From NCBI GenBank assembly GCA_017507215.1, contig JAFWBI010000003.1, positions 15,687 through 79,686 of the forward strand: a stretch of 64,000 nucleotides of DNA. Reading direction: 5' to 3'. The stretch comes from Clostridia bacterium. Lineage in GTDB: Bacteria > Bacillota > Clostridia > Christensenellales > UBA1242. Every line of letters begins with the position of its first letter. The stretch's first letter is position 1. Positions 18,901-26,743 of this stretch are shown here, one piece after another. The translations under genes and the position numbers were made by a program. The notes beneath the pieces were generated by a model that was given only the letters and a program-made list of their open reading frames with translations, was not told the DNA's origin and did not search any database.

Positions 18901-20151
18901 GGTCTTGATGAAAACGGAAGAGTAAGTTCTAGAGATGAAGGTGATGATGAAACAGGTTTATCACACAGAACAAAACGTCAACTTCGAAAAGAAAAGAAGC
19001 GTGCAAGCAAGATTGTTAAGCGTCTTAAAAAAGAGCAGAAGTTGGCAAATAAAGGAAAACGTGGAGAACTTACAGAAGCTGAACAAGCATCTCTCAATAA
19101 ATACACTAAGATTTTAGAAAATGTAAATTCTGCTCAACAAGAACAAAAGAAAAACGGAAAAGAAATTTCTCAAGCTAAGAAAACCATTAAGAAACTCACC
19201 AAGAAACGTGGTGAAACTTCTTTAAATGCCGAAGAAGAAGCTCAACTTAAAGCTGCAGAAGCTACTGTTGAAGAGGGAGAACAAAGAAAAGTTGACAATA
19301 AAAAGGCTAGAACAGACGAAAAAGTTGAAAGAAAAAAAACAGCTAAAATTAGAAAGAAACAAGAAAAACAAGAACAAAAGAACAAAAAGATTTCAAGGGC
19401 ATTCAAGAGAACTGGTCTTGGTGCAAAGATTGCTCAAAAACGTTATATGAAAGACGTGAACAAACAATCTAATAAAATTCAAGAAGCTTTGAATGCAACG
19501 GGCTATATGGGTAAACGTCTTGAAGATATGACTGCCGAAGAAAGAAAGCAGACTATGGAAAGTGGAACATTGACCGAATCGCAAGTGGAAATGTTTAAAA
19601 CTTATGAAGCTTTGCAGACTCAAAAATCTGAAAATCTTGGTTATGCTGATGCTGTTAATGCTTCAAAGGCTGCTCAAGGTGCAAACGGTTTAAGAATGAA
19701 AAACAGGTTCAAGGCCGGAAGACGAAGTGGCAACAAAATTCAAAAGAAATTGATGCAAACTGAAGAAAGAGATGCTCAAGAACTTGAGAAAATTGAAGCC
19801 GAACTTGAAAGTCTTGGTGCTACTGGAGATAACAGTGGCGTGACTGCTGCAAACCTAGGCAGAGTTAGAAAGCTTAAACAACGCAGACAAGAGCTTCTTT
19901 CAAGAGAACAATTTAGAGATTATTGGTCTGGTAAAAAAGGCGCCGACGGAACACGAACTGGTGGCAGAAACACTAAGACTAAAAAAGAAGTTAAGAAAGA
20001 AAAGAAGGGGCTTCAAAAGCGTGGAAGAATTCAAAGGGATTTGGTTGAACAATACGGAACCGATATCTCAGAAGAAGAACTTTCAACCAGAACAAATCAA
20101 AAACTTGAAAAGAAAAAGAAGAAAAAGAAAAAAGATACTTCTGATTACTAA
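15946..20151 (+). CDS. 1401-aa polytopic membrane protein, paralog of the giant protein (shared N- and C-terminal membrane modules), with a ~520-aa Lys/Glu/Arg-rich C-terminal tail
   Basis: RBS GGGAGAG precedes the start, 32 nt after the giant ORF stop. Blocks alignable with the giant protein include YRIYAQEDMRIPITF vs YRYYAQQDRRVPIVI and PEYFVMADVIDFG vs EQYQVMADFVDYA. The TM segments NLIGLSIALIIFFAILAVV and FVLLIVTPMIAIMGIVGSNLLL also align. The second TM cluster spans nt ~17920-18400. From nt ~18540 the sequence is low-complexity and charged, ending KKKKKKKKDTSDY. Confidence 0.7.
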   Translation: MGLINSISTVPMTLMKFASSIFSSVPNFLAAKVGFEGAVSSLFNGISKIMYFVAKWMLYVLDILFSFIRQLSGLEMKYDSLESMVSKESDFVFNMLFTATDLINPIIRNLIGLSIALIIFFAILAVVKTQFNSLKSKTPADIKGVLKDTGRAFVLLIVTPMIAIMGIVGSNLLLQSLYRATNTTNSNSISSSLFSVSATSASAYRIYAQEDMRIPITFDFTEHAEILEYYKKHAITKEFREYVSSSKNLIYYLGYKPFTEGKFSAFSTMNDTRVIDPNSTQAVNAKNYYQVYDRTQEAYEALNSTTVNSYKKISAYRPEYFVMADVIDFGIETSTVMYFKTIQEVLESISQTGDDYLFNSTVALYKIQFLDSDLKVIKRQFESVDTATETASSYATYKEIYKGSWSVIRFTSTYYDVNAESEPTKKMQIQYNHVRDAVDEIQGAKFIMTVQENLKRTETRQEYVEGALTTITEDVVHTYYYPLTIGLSQGNEFVFDSEYIQTGQLIAAKGVFSQERYGYPVPTAIRISEDGSEVQFYRHDIESVTVGDSDQAGTGTMKAEEDKGGFLSWIKKLFAFLNPNFDVKIDQDALVTAYQYSETVVNVLPSGKLNVSYMFEDGFSNNLLNFATGVVNVVNASKGEESVEQMGIHGLLLENVFIPNKINMIILICGSLMLVKIVFTAIFQLINRGYELFLTIIVYPTACATIPIMDKDDGYKTWMTTFVSRLFSTYGLVLGLNFVLMLFPVIAELEVFTAGEIALSKPIMRFRNLFSTIRTVATIGIVQAPISFEFLAGFLNMVVVIIFQLVAFTLLETIPETINRITKSAPLRGVNPIESAKKVLKVVAAIVKTISSVVGGIKDFIMIAGDIGGKREEFIRNAKMKVKGFLPGSEIVESAKDFGNMQKKKHEQKEAMNELKDAMNTAKVSGKDEKDKTPEEKEQDKKSAKEIQEKFNKVLEAQDNYQKAIADPRGNRLAEDDKRRANERKGLDENGRVSSRDEGDDETGLSHRTKRQLRKEKKRASKIVKRLKKEQKLANKGKRGELTEAEQASLNKYTKILENVNSAQQEQKKNGKEISQAKKTIKKLTKKRGETSLNAEEEAQLKAAEATVEEGEQRKVDNKKARTDEKVERKKTAKIRKKQEKQEQKNKKISRAFKRTGLGAKIAQKRYMKDVNKQSNKIQEALNATGYMGKRLEDMTAEERKQTMESGTLTESQVEMFKTYEALQTQKSENLGYADAVNASKAAQGANGLRMKNRFKAGRRSGNKIQKKLMQTEERDAQELEKIEAELESLGATGDNSGVTAANLGRVRKLKQRRQELLSREQFRDYWSGKKGADGTRTGGRNTKTKKEVKKEKKGLQKRGRIQRDLVEQYGTDISEEELSTRTNQKLEKKKKKKKKDTSDY

Positions 20152-20186
20152 TATTTGTTTTCTGACAAAATTTCTTAAATCATTAA

Positions 20187-20221
20187 AAGACAAGGTGAAT
20201 TTCACCTTGTCTTTTTTTTTG
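20187..20221 (+). terminator. Rho-independent terminator closing the ATPase/giant-gene block
   Basis: GACAAGGTG (20189-20197), loop AATTT, CACCTTGTC (20203-20211), followed by a run of about 10 T. Confidence 0.85.
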
Positions 20222-20241
20222 TGCTATGATAAAATAAAACT

Positions 20242-20700
20242 ATGATAACAACAATCATTGCACTAGTTTGCGCAGGGGCTGTTATTGGGCTTGACCAGCT
20301 GACTAAATTTTTGATTTATGGAACAGCATCAAGGTCAATAATTGGCAATTTTTTGTGGTTTGAAAGCACCTTAAACACAGGTGTTGCTTTTTCTATGTTT
20401 GAAGGAAAAAGTATGCTTTTTATTGTGATTTCTGCGCTGGCATCATTTGGGTTATTGTTTTTAATTTGTAATAAAAAAATAATTCAAAAACGCTTACAAA
20501 AGATATGTTTGGGGCTGATTTTGGGTGGCACAATCGGCAATTTAATTGACAGAATTGTGTTTGATGGTGTTCGTGATTTTATATACTTAAAATTCATAAA
20601 TTTTGCCATTTTTAACGTTGCTGATATGGCAATTGTGTGTTCAGTGATAGTTTTTTGCGTTTTTTTGATAATTGATATATTTAAAAAGGAAAAGAAATGA
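20242..20700 (+). CDS. lspA: Lipoprotein signal peptidase II
   Basis: 152 aa with 4 TM segments. Motifs are LDQLTKFLI, NTGVAFSMF, GGTIGNLIDR and FNVADMAI, which are typical of LspA. It overlaps rluD by 4 nt (ATGA), the conserved lspA-rluD pairing. Confidence 0.9.
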   Translation: MITTIIALVCAGAVIGLDQLTKFLIYGTASRSIIGNFLWFESTLNTGVAFSMFEGKSMLFIVISALASFGLLFLICNKKIIQKRLQKICLGLILGGTIGNLIDRIVFDGVRDFIYLKFINFAIFNVADMAIVCSVIVFCVFLIIDIFKKEKK

Positions 20701-21614
20701 TTGAGTTAAATTCAGAAATTATTGTGGAAGATTTGGAAGAAAAAACTAGGCTTGATGTTTTTTTGTCTGAAGAAACTGGTTGGTCAAGGTCGCAGGTTAA
20801 ACTTCAAATTGATGGCGAAAGGGCACTTGTTAATGGAGTTTCACGAAAGGCAGGTTTTTTAATTAAAAATGGTGATGTTGTTAGTCTTTCGTTTTCAAAA
20901 GAGATTCTTGAAATTAATGCTGAAGCTGAAGATATTCCACTCGATATTGTTTATGAAGATGATGATTTTGCAATAATAAATAAGCCACAGGGAATGGTTG
21001 TGCATCCAGCTCCGGGTGCATATAATCACACCCTTGTTAACGCTCTTTTATATCACTTTGAAAACCTTAGTGCATCAAATGACAAAATCAGACCGGGCAT
21101 TGTGCATAGAATTGATAAGGATACGTCAGGGCTTTTAGTGGTTGCAAAAAACGACAAAGCACATGAAAGTTTAGCAAAGCAAATTGCTGAGCACTCATGC
21201 TTTAGGCACTATTTGGCGCTTCTTGAAGGAAACTTAAAAACAGACTCTGGAACAGTTGACACGTTTATTTCTAGAAGCAAAAATGATAGAAAAATGATGG
21301 CTGTTTCTGAAGATGGAAAAAGGGCAATAACTCACTACACGGTGCTAGAAAGGTTTGGAGATTACTGTTTGGTTGAGTTTGTGCTTGAAACGGGCAGAAC
21401 ACATCAAATCAGGGTTCATTCAAAGCATTTGGGTCACCCAATTGTGGGCGATAAAACTTATGGAATTAAAAATCAAAAATTTAAACTTGATGGTCAACTT
21501 TTGCACGCATATAAACTTGAACTTACACACCCAACAACAGGAAAAAGAATGGCTTTTGAATGCGAAATTCCTGATTATTTTACAAAAATTTTAAACAAAC
21601 TTAAAAATAAATAA
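20697..21614 (+). CDS. rluD: 23S rRNA pseudouridine synthase, RluD subfamily (S4 domain + RluA catalytic domain)
   Basis: The N-terminal S4-like segment is RLDVFLSEE...SRSQVKLQI. The catalytic motif is HRIDKDTSGLLVVAK, and GRTHQIRVH is also present. Confidence 0.9.
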   Translation: MIELNSEIIVEDLEEKTRLDVFLSEETGWSRSQVKLQIDGERALVNGVSRKAGFLIKNGDVVSLSFSKEILEINAEAEDIPLDIVYEDDDFAIINKPQGMVVHPAPGAYNHTLVNALLYHFENLSASNDKIRPGIVHRIDKDTSGLLVVAKNDKAHESLAKQIAEHSCFRHYLALLEGNLKTDSGTVDTFISRSKNDRKMMAVSEDGKRAITHYTVLERFGDYCLVEFVLETGRTHQIRVHSKHLGHPIVGDKTYGIKNQKFKLDGQLLHAYKLELTHPTTGKRMAFECEIPDYFTKILNKLKNK

Positions 21615-21682
21615 AATTCTCGTTGACTTAAATTTTTTATAAATTATATAATGTGTTTAATAAAGGTATAGGAGATTAAATT

Positions 21683-22012
21683 ATGGCTACAAAAACAAAA
21701 AGTCAAAGTTCATCATCAACAACCACAACAACATCTTCAAGAAAAAGAAGTGTCAGCATCAGCTACATTTTAAATATTTTGGCATATGTTGCTGTTTGTG
21801 TTGGTGGTTTAGCGCTTTTTATTTCAATGATTCTTTCAAAATTTGAACTTTCAACATCAATCACAGGTGCAATGCAAACCATTGCAAATGCTATTGGTTG
21901 GGCAGTTCTTTGTGTGCTTTCAGCTGTTTACATTTCACACAGAAGAAAACTTTGGATGTGGATTGTTTGGGTTGTTGCAGTTGTGATGATTGTTACAGGC
22001 ATTATTTTATAG
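21683..22012 (+). CDS. Small membrane protein (109 aa), Ser/Thr-rich N-terminus + 3 TM segments, unknown function
   Basis: Good RBS (TAGGAGA). Hydrophobic segments are clear, but I recognise no family. Confidence 0.5.
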   Translation: MATKTKSQSSSSTTTTTSSRKRSVSISYILNILAYVAVCVGGLALFISMILSKFELSTSITGAMQTIANAIGWAVLCVLSAVYISHRRKLWMWIVWVVAVVMIVTGIIL

Positions 22013-22021
22013 AATGGGAAT

Positions 22022-22351
22022 ATGATTATGAATAAAAAGGAAATTATTAAGACTTTAGATATCGCAAGTTTTGTTTCAGCTGTTATTGCAACACTGCTTG
22101 TGCTAATCTTTCAATTTACTGGTGAATATATGGTGATGAAGGCATCAATCGTGATGTATGCAGCATGTTTCTTGCTTCTTGTCACATTGCTTTCATTTAA
22201 GGTTCATTCAGTTTTTTCAAAGAAAGAAAAGGTTGATGGTGAAGATGATTCAAATGAACAAACTTCAAAGAAAAAAGCAACTGCAATTGTGCTTTTAGTT
22301 CTTGCATCAATAGCGTTTATCTTTACTTGCGTGCTTTTGGTTTTATATTAA
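22022..22351 (+). CDS. Small membrane protein (109 aa), unknown function
   Basis: Three hydrophobic segments with an acidic loop, followed by a terminator. The start is ambiguous (22022 or 22028). Confidence 0.45.
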   Translation: MIMNKKEIIKTLDIASFVSAVIATLLVLIFQFTGEYMVMKASIVMYAACFLLLVTLLSFKVHSVFSKKEKVDGEDDSNEQTSKKKATAIVLLVLASIAFIFTCVLLVLY

Positions 22352-22360
22352 AAAATTTTA

Positions 22361-22386
22361 AAAACTGCCAAACTTGGCAGTTTTTA
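22361..22386 (+). terminator. Rho-independent terminator
   Basis: AAAACTGCCA / TGGCAGTTTT stem with a 4-nt loop, followed by a T-run. Confidence 0.8.
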
Positions 22387-22480
22387 TTATGCACGTATAT
22401 CAATTAGCATATAAATCTTGACAAAAGGGTTAATTTTTATTAGAATAATGTATGTTAGTTAATTATCAAGGAGAATTATA

Positions 22481-23767
22481 ATGACATATAAAATTGGTGA
22501 AAAGAAAGACGGAAAACTTACCGTTGATTTCAAATTAAACGCAGACGAATGGGAAGCAGAAATTGAAAAAGCTTACCAAAAAAATAAAGGAAAATATAAA
22601 CTTGACGGTTTCAGACAAGGCAAAATTCCTAGAAAAGTTTTAGAAAAAACTTATGGTGATTTCTTATTTTATGAAGATGCTTTAAATGCTGTTTGTGATG
22701 ATAGTTTCTATGAATTTTTGGAAAAAGAAACAGACGTTCAAGCTGTTGATTATCCAGAAGTTTCTGTTAAATCAGTTTCAAAAGACGGTGTTGAATGGGT
22801 TGCAACAATCACACTTCTTCCAGAAGTTACCCTTGGAAAACTTGACGGTCTTAAAGTTACTAAAGCAAAAGTTTCAGTAACAGAAAAAGAAGTTGATGAA
22901 AAAATCAAAGCAATGCAAGACAAACAAGCTAGATTTGTTGATGTTAAAGACAAAGCTGCAAAAATGGGCGACCTTGTAAACATTGACTTTGCTGGTTCAA
23001 TGAACGGAGTTCTTTTTGAAGGTGGTTCAGCTAAAGATTTCGAACTCGAACTTGGCAGCCATTCATTCATTGCTGGTTTTGAAGAACAAATCGTTGGTAT
23101 GGAAATTGATGAACAAAAAGACATCAATGTAACATTCCCAGATGCTTACCACGCAAAAGAACTTGCTGGAAAGCCTGCAGTTTTTGCTGTTAAGCTTCTT
23201 GCAATTCGTGAAAAACAAGTTCCAGAAATTGATGACAAATTTGCATCAGAAGTTAGTGAATTTGAAACACTCGCTGACCTTAAGAAAGATACAAAAGAAA
23301 AAATCAAAGCTGAAAAAGAAGCAGCTGCTGAAAAAGAACTTGAAAACAACCTTGTTGACGCATATGTTGCAGGTGCTGAAATTGAAGTTCCTAAGTGCAT
23401 GGTTACAAACCAAATCACACGTGCTATTGAAGACACAAAGAGAGCTCTTGCATCTCAAGGTATGAGCTATGAAATGTATCTTGCATATATCGGCATGAAT
23501 GACGCAGAATTCAGAAAATCAAGAGAAGCAGACACAGAAAAACAAATCAAAACAAGCCTTGTTCTTGCTGAACTTGTTAAAGCTGAAAACATTAAAGCTG
23601 AAGAAGCTGATGTTGAAGCAAAGATTGCTGAACTTGCTGAAAAAATGAAGAAAACAGCTGATGAACTTAAAAAGACAATGACTTCAAACCAAAGAGAAGT
23701 TATTGAAAACAATATCGTTTCAGACAAGATTGTTAAACTCTTGAAAGAAAAGAACAATATTCAATAA
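22481..23767 (+). CDS. tig: Trigger factor (ribosome-associated PPIase chaperone)
   Basis: 428 aa. The N-terminal ribosome-binding region contains GFRQGKIPRKVLE and the central part is an FKBP-like domain. It sits in the conserved tig-clpP-clpX order. Confidence 0.95.
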   Translation: MTYKIGEKKDGKLTVDFKLNADEWEAEIEKAYQKNKGKYKLDGFRQGKIPRKVLEKTYGDFLFYEDALNAVCDDSFYEFLEKETDVQAVDYPEVSVKSVSKDGVEWVATITLLPEVTLGKLDGLKVTKAKVSVTEKEVDEKIKAMQDKQARFVDVKDKAAKMGDLVNIDFAGSMNGVLFEGGSAKDFELELGSHSFIAGFEEQIVGMEIDEQKDINVTFPDAYHAKELAGKPAVFAVKLLAIREKQVPEIDDKFASEVSEFETLADLKKDTKEKIKAEKEAAAEKELENNLVDAYVAGAEIEVPKCMVTNQITRAIEDTKRALASQGMSYEMYLAYIGMNDAEFRKSREADTEKQIKTSLVLAELVKAENIKAEEADVEAKIAELAEKMKKTADELKKTMTSNQREVIENNIVSDKIVKLLKEKNNIQ

Positions 23768-23901
23768 AAAATTTTAAAAGTGCAATAAAACGAATCGGTT
23801 TTTCATAAGTTTTTATGGTGCCAATTCAAAATTGCACTTTTAATTGACTAAAAAATTTTAAAGTGTAAACACTTAAAAGTATTAATATTTTAGGAGATAA
23901 C

Positions 23902-24495
23902 ATGGAAGAAAAAGATATGCTTATTCCTATGGTTGTTGAGCAAACAAATCGTGGTGAAAGGTCTTATGATATTTATTCAAGACTTTTAGAAGATAGAATT
24001 ATCTTTTTAACTGGTGAAATCAACGACCAAAACGCAAATCTTGTTATTGCGCAACTTATTTATCTTGAAGGAAAAGACCCAGATAAAGATATAACTCTTT
24101 ACATCAACAGCCCTGGTGGAAGTGTTGTGGCTGGTATGGCAATTTATGATACTATGAACTATATTAAGTGTGACGTTTGCACAGTTTGTATTGGCATGGC
24201 TGCTTCAATGGCTGCAATTTTGCTTTCTTCTGGTGCAAAAGGCAAGAGATTTGCTCTTTCAAATTCAGAAGTAATGATTCATCAACCACTTGGTGGTTTC
24301 CAAGGTCAGGCAAGTGACATCAAAATTCATGCTGCACACATGGAAAAAACTAAGAAAACTATTAATAGAATTTTATCAGAAAATACTGGTATGCCTATTG
24401 AAACTGTTGAAAAAGACACAGACAGAGATAACTTTATGTCTGCTGAAGAAGCTAAAAAATATGGCTTAATTGATAAGATTTACGCAAAAAGATAG
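23902..24495 (+). CDS. clpP: ATP-dependent Clp protease proteolytic subunit
   Basis: Contains [25 protein letters not shown] (the active-site Ser region) and MIHQPLGG. The start may instead be the internal Met at MLIPMV. Confidence 0.95.
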   Translation: MEEKDMLIPMVVEQTNRGERSYDIYSRLLEDRIIFLTGEINDQNANLVIAQLIYLEGKDPDKDITLYINSPGGSVVAGMAIYDTMNYIKCDVCTVCIGMAASMAAILLSSGAKGKRFALSNSEVMIHQPLGGFQGQASDIKIHAAHMEKTKKTINRILSENTGMPIETVEKDTDRDNFMSAEEAKKYGLIDKIYAKR

Positions 24496-24502
24496 ATATT
24501 TG

Positions 24503-24553
24503 TCAAGATATACAAAAGACGATTTGTTTTTTTGCATATCTTGATTTTATTTT
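24503..24553 (+). terminator. Long imperfect hairpin + T-rich tail between clpP and clpX (terminator/attenuator)
   Basis: TCAAGATAT (24503-24511) pairs with ATATCTTGA (24536-24544). The stem extends inward through CAAAA/TTTTG with one mismatch and is followed by TTTTATTTT. Confidence 0.55.
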
Positions 24554-24564
24554 AAGGAGAATTT

Positions 24565-25923
24565 ATGGACGAAAATCAAACACCAAACGTTGAACAGCCA
24601 AAAAGAAACGGAAACTGTTCGTTTTGTGGCAGACCACGTGGTGCATTTAAAGAAATCGTTGAAAATCCAAACGGCAGCGTGGGAATTTGTAATGACTGTA
24701 TTAGAATTTGCAGGGATATTTTAGACGCTGAAGAAAGAAAGAGAACAAAAGAAAAATTGTTTGAACTTCCAACACCTGAAAAAATCAAGCAAGAACTTGA
24801 CGAGTATATAATCGGTCAAAACAAGGCAAAAGAAGTGCTTTCAGTTGCTGTTTACAATCACTATAAAAGAATCAACTATTTTATTTCAAAACGTCAAAAA
24901 AATGAAGAACTTGCAAAGCAAGGCGATTCAAAAACAAAGATTTTTGAAGATGTTGACCTTGAAAAAAGCAACGTTTTAATGCTTGGACCAACCGGTTCAG
25001 GTAAAACCCTTATTGCAAAAACTCTTGCAAAAATTCTTGATGTTCCATTTGCAACTGCAGATGCAACAACCCTGACAGAAGCTGGCTACGTTGGTGATGA
25101 CGTTGAAAATATTTTATTGAAGCTCATTCAAGCTGCAAATTTCGATATCAAAAAAGCTGAAAAAGGCATTGTTTATATCGATGAAATTGATAAGATTGCA
25201 AGAAAGAGCGAAAATGTTTCAATCACTCGTGACGTTTCAGGTGAAGGTGTGCAACAATCACTTTTGAAGATTTTGGAAGGCACTGTTGCAAATGTTCCAC
25301 CACAAGGTGGAAGAAAACACCCAAATCAAGAATGTTTGCAACTTGACACAACAAACATCTTATTCATTTTAGGTGGCGCATTTGTTGGTCTTAATGATAT
25401 CATTAAAAAGAGAACAGAAAATTCGTGTCTTGGTTTTGGTGGAAACGTTAAAAGTAAAAGTCAAATCAAAGAAGATGAAATTCTTTCAAAGGTTGAACCA
25501 CATGACCTTATCAAATTTGGATTGATTCCAGAATTTATTGGCCGTGTTCCAATCACTGTAACACTTCAAGAGTTAGACGAAAAGGCTCTCAAAAAGATTT
25601 TGACAGAACCAAGAAATGCTCTTGTGAAACAATATAAAAAGCTTTTTGAAATGGACGGAATCAAACTTGAGTTCACAAATGAAGCTATCTTGACATTTGC
25701 AAGAAAAGCAATCGAACTTAAAACCGGTGCTAGGGGACTTAGAACCATTGTTGAAAATTCAATGCTTCCAGTTATGTATGAAACTCCAAGCAAGAAAGAT
25801 GAAATCAAAAAGATTGTTATGGACGTTGATGAAAAAGATGATTCAAAAATTGGTCCGACAATCATTTACAAAGAGAAGACTGAAGCTCAAAATGAGCAAG
25901 ATGACAGCACAGAAACGGCTTAA
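24565..25923 (+). CDS. clpX: ATP-dependent Clp protease ATP-binding subunit ClpX
   Basis: The zinc-binding N-terminus is CSFCGR...CNDC. Walker A is GPTGSGKT, Walker B is [10 protein letters not shown], and an IPEFIGRVP block is present. Confidence 0.95.
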   Translation: MDENQTPNVEQPKRNGNCSFCGRPRGAFKEIVENPNGSVGICNDCIRICRDILDAEERKRTKEKLFELPTPEKIKQELDEYIIGQNKAKEVLSVAVYNHYKRINYFISKRQKNEELAKQGDSKTKIFEDVDLEKSNVLMLGPTGSGKTLIAKTLAKILDVPFATADATTLTEAGYVGDDVENILLKLIQAANFDIKKAEKGIVYIDEIDKIARKSENVSITRDVSGEGVQQSLLKILEGTVANVPPQGGRKHPNQECLQLDTTNILFILGGAFVGLNDIIKKRTENSCLGFGGNVKSKSQIKEDEILSKVEPHDLIKFGLIPEFIGRVPITVTLQELDEKALKKILTEPRNALVKQYKKLFEMDGIKLEFTNEAILTFARKAIELKTGARGLRTIVENSMLPVMYETPSKKDEIKKIVMDVDEKDDSKIGPTIIYKEKTEAQNEQDDSTETA

Positions 25924-25983
25924 AGTCAAAGTCAGTCAAACTATATAAAAACTGCAAAAGTTTCCAAATTTAATTTAATAAAA

Positions 25984-26029
25984 ACATCGCCAAAGTGAAA
26001 ATTGCACAAAATTGGTGGTGTTTTTTTTA
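25984..26029 (+). terminator. Probable terminator after clpX
   Basis: ACATCGCCAA pairs with TTGGTGGTGT (10 bp including 2 G-U) around an 18-nt loop, followed by T8. Confidence 0.45.
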
Positions 26030-26151
26030 TAACTATTGATTTTTTTAAAAATTAATGATAAAATAATAAACGATAAAAGTAGGGTTGAGCGTTTGTTTTA
26101 AAAAATCGCAAAAATGCTCAATTTTTAATAAAATTATAGGGGTAAAAACTT

Positions 26152-26742
26152 ATGAAAGTGATAAAAAATGCAGTTTTTTTAAAATCTGAATCAGATGCTG
26201 AAAATTATAAAGGTTTTGACCTTCCAGAAGTTTTGCTTGTTGGAAGAAGTAATGTTGGCAAATCTAGCATTATAAATATGCTTTCAAACAATTCAAAACT
26301 TGCAAAGATTTCTTCAACACAAGGAAAAACAAAACTCATCAATTTCTTTATGTTCAACAAAGAATTTATTTTGGTTGACCTTCCAGGATATGGTTATGCA
26401 GCAACCAGCAAACTTGAACAACAACGTTGGAGTAAGATGATTGATGGATTTATTGAAAAAACAAAAAACCTTGCTTGTGCAGTTCTTTTGGTTGATATCA
26501 GACACACTCCAACAGCTCAAGATATTCAGATGCTAGATTACTTAACATTTAACAATATTCCTGTTACAATAGTAGCAACGAAGTACGACAAGATTAAAAA
26601 GTCTGAACGTATGTCAAGGCTTACAGATATTGCATCAACTTTAAAGGTTGGTGTTGAAAATGTTTATATTGTTAGCTCTGAAACATCTTACGGAAAAGAC
26701 AGTTTAGTTAATCGTATCTATCAATTTGTAGATGGAGAATAA
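26152..26742 (+). CDS. engB: Ribosome biogenesis GTPase EngB/YsxC
   Basis: The G1 motif is GRSNVGKSSIIN. DLPGYGYA and the NKxD-like TKYDK are present. It is in the conserved position after clpX. Confidence 0.9.
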   Translation: MKVIKNAVFLKSESDAENYKGFDLPEVLLVGRSNVGKSSIINMLSNNSKLAKISSTQGKTKLINFFMFNKEFILVDLPGYGYAATSKLEQQRWSKMIDGFIEKTKNLACAVLLVDIRHTPTAQDIQMLDYLTFNNIPVTIVATKYDKIKKSERMSRLTDIASTLKVGVENVYIVSSETSYGKDSLVNRIYQFVDGE

Positions 26743-26743
26743 T

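Noticed and set aside
457-20245. Many short ORFs from the six-frame track lie inside or antisense to the four large genes. Examples are 457-723(-), 1128-1469(-), 3146-3511(-), 15753-16076(-), 18291-18725(-), 18448-18831(-) and 19961-20245(+).
   Set aside because: All are fully embedded in much longer ORFs with recognisable motifs or coherent architecture, and they lack RBSs. Their translations are low-complexity mirror images of the Lys/Glu-rich or AT-rich coding strand. They are treated as frame artefacts.
25922-25941. The 19-nt sequence AAAGTCAAAGTCAGTCAAA occurs twice. One copy is at the clpX stop (25922-25941) and the other is inside the 3' extension of the ylmC-like ORF (48398-48417).
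   Set aside because: This is unexpected for a random 19-mer, but the sequence is itself a low-complexity (AGTCA)n-like iteration and the flanks share no similarity. There is no hint of a mobile element or structured RNA. It is recorded as a probable coincidence. A genome-wide count of the motif would settle it.
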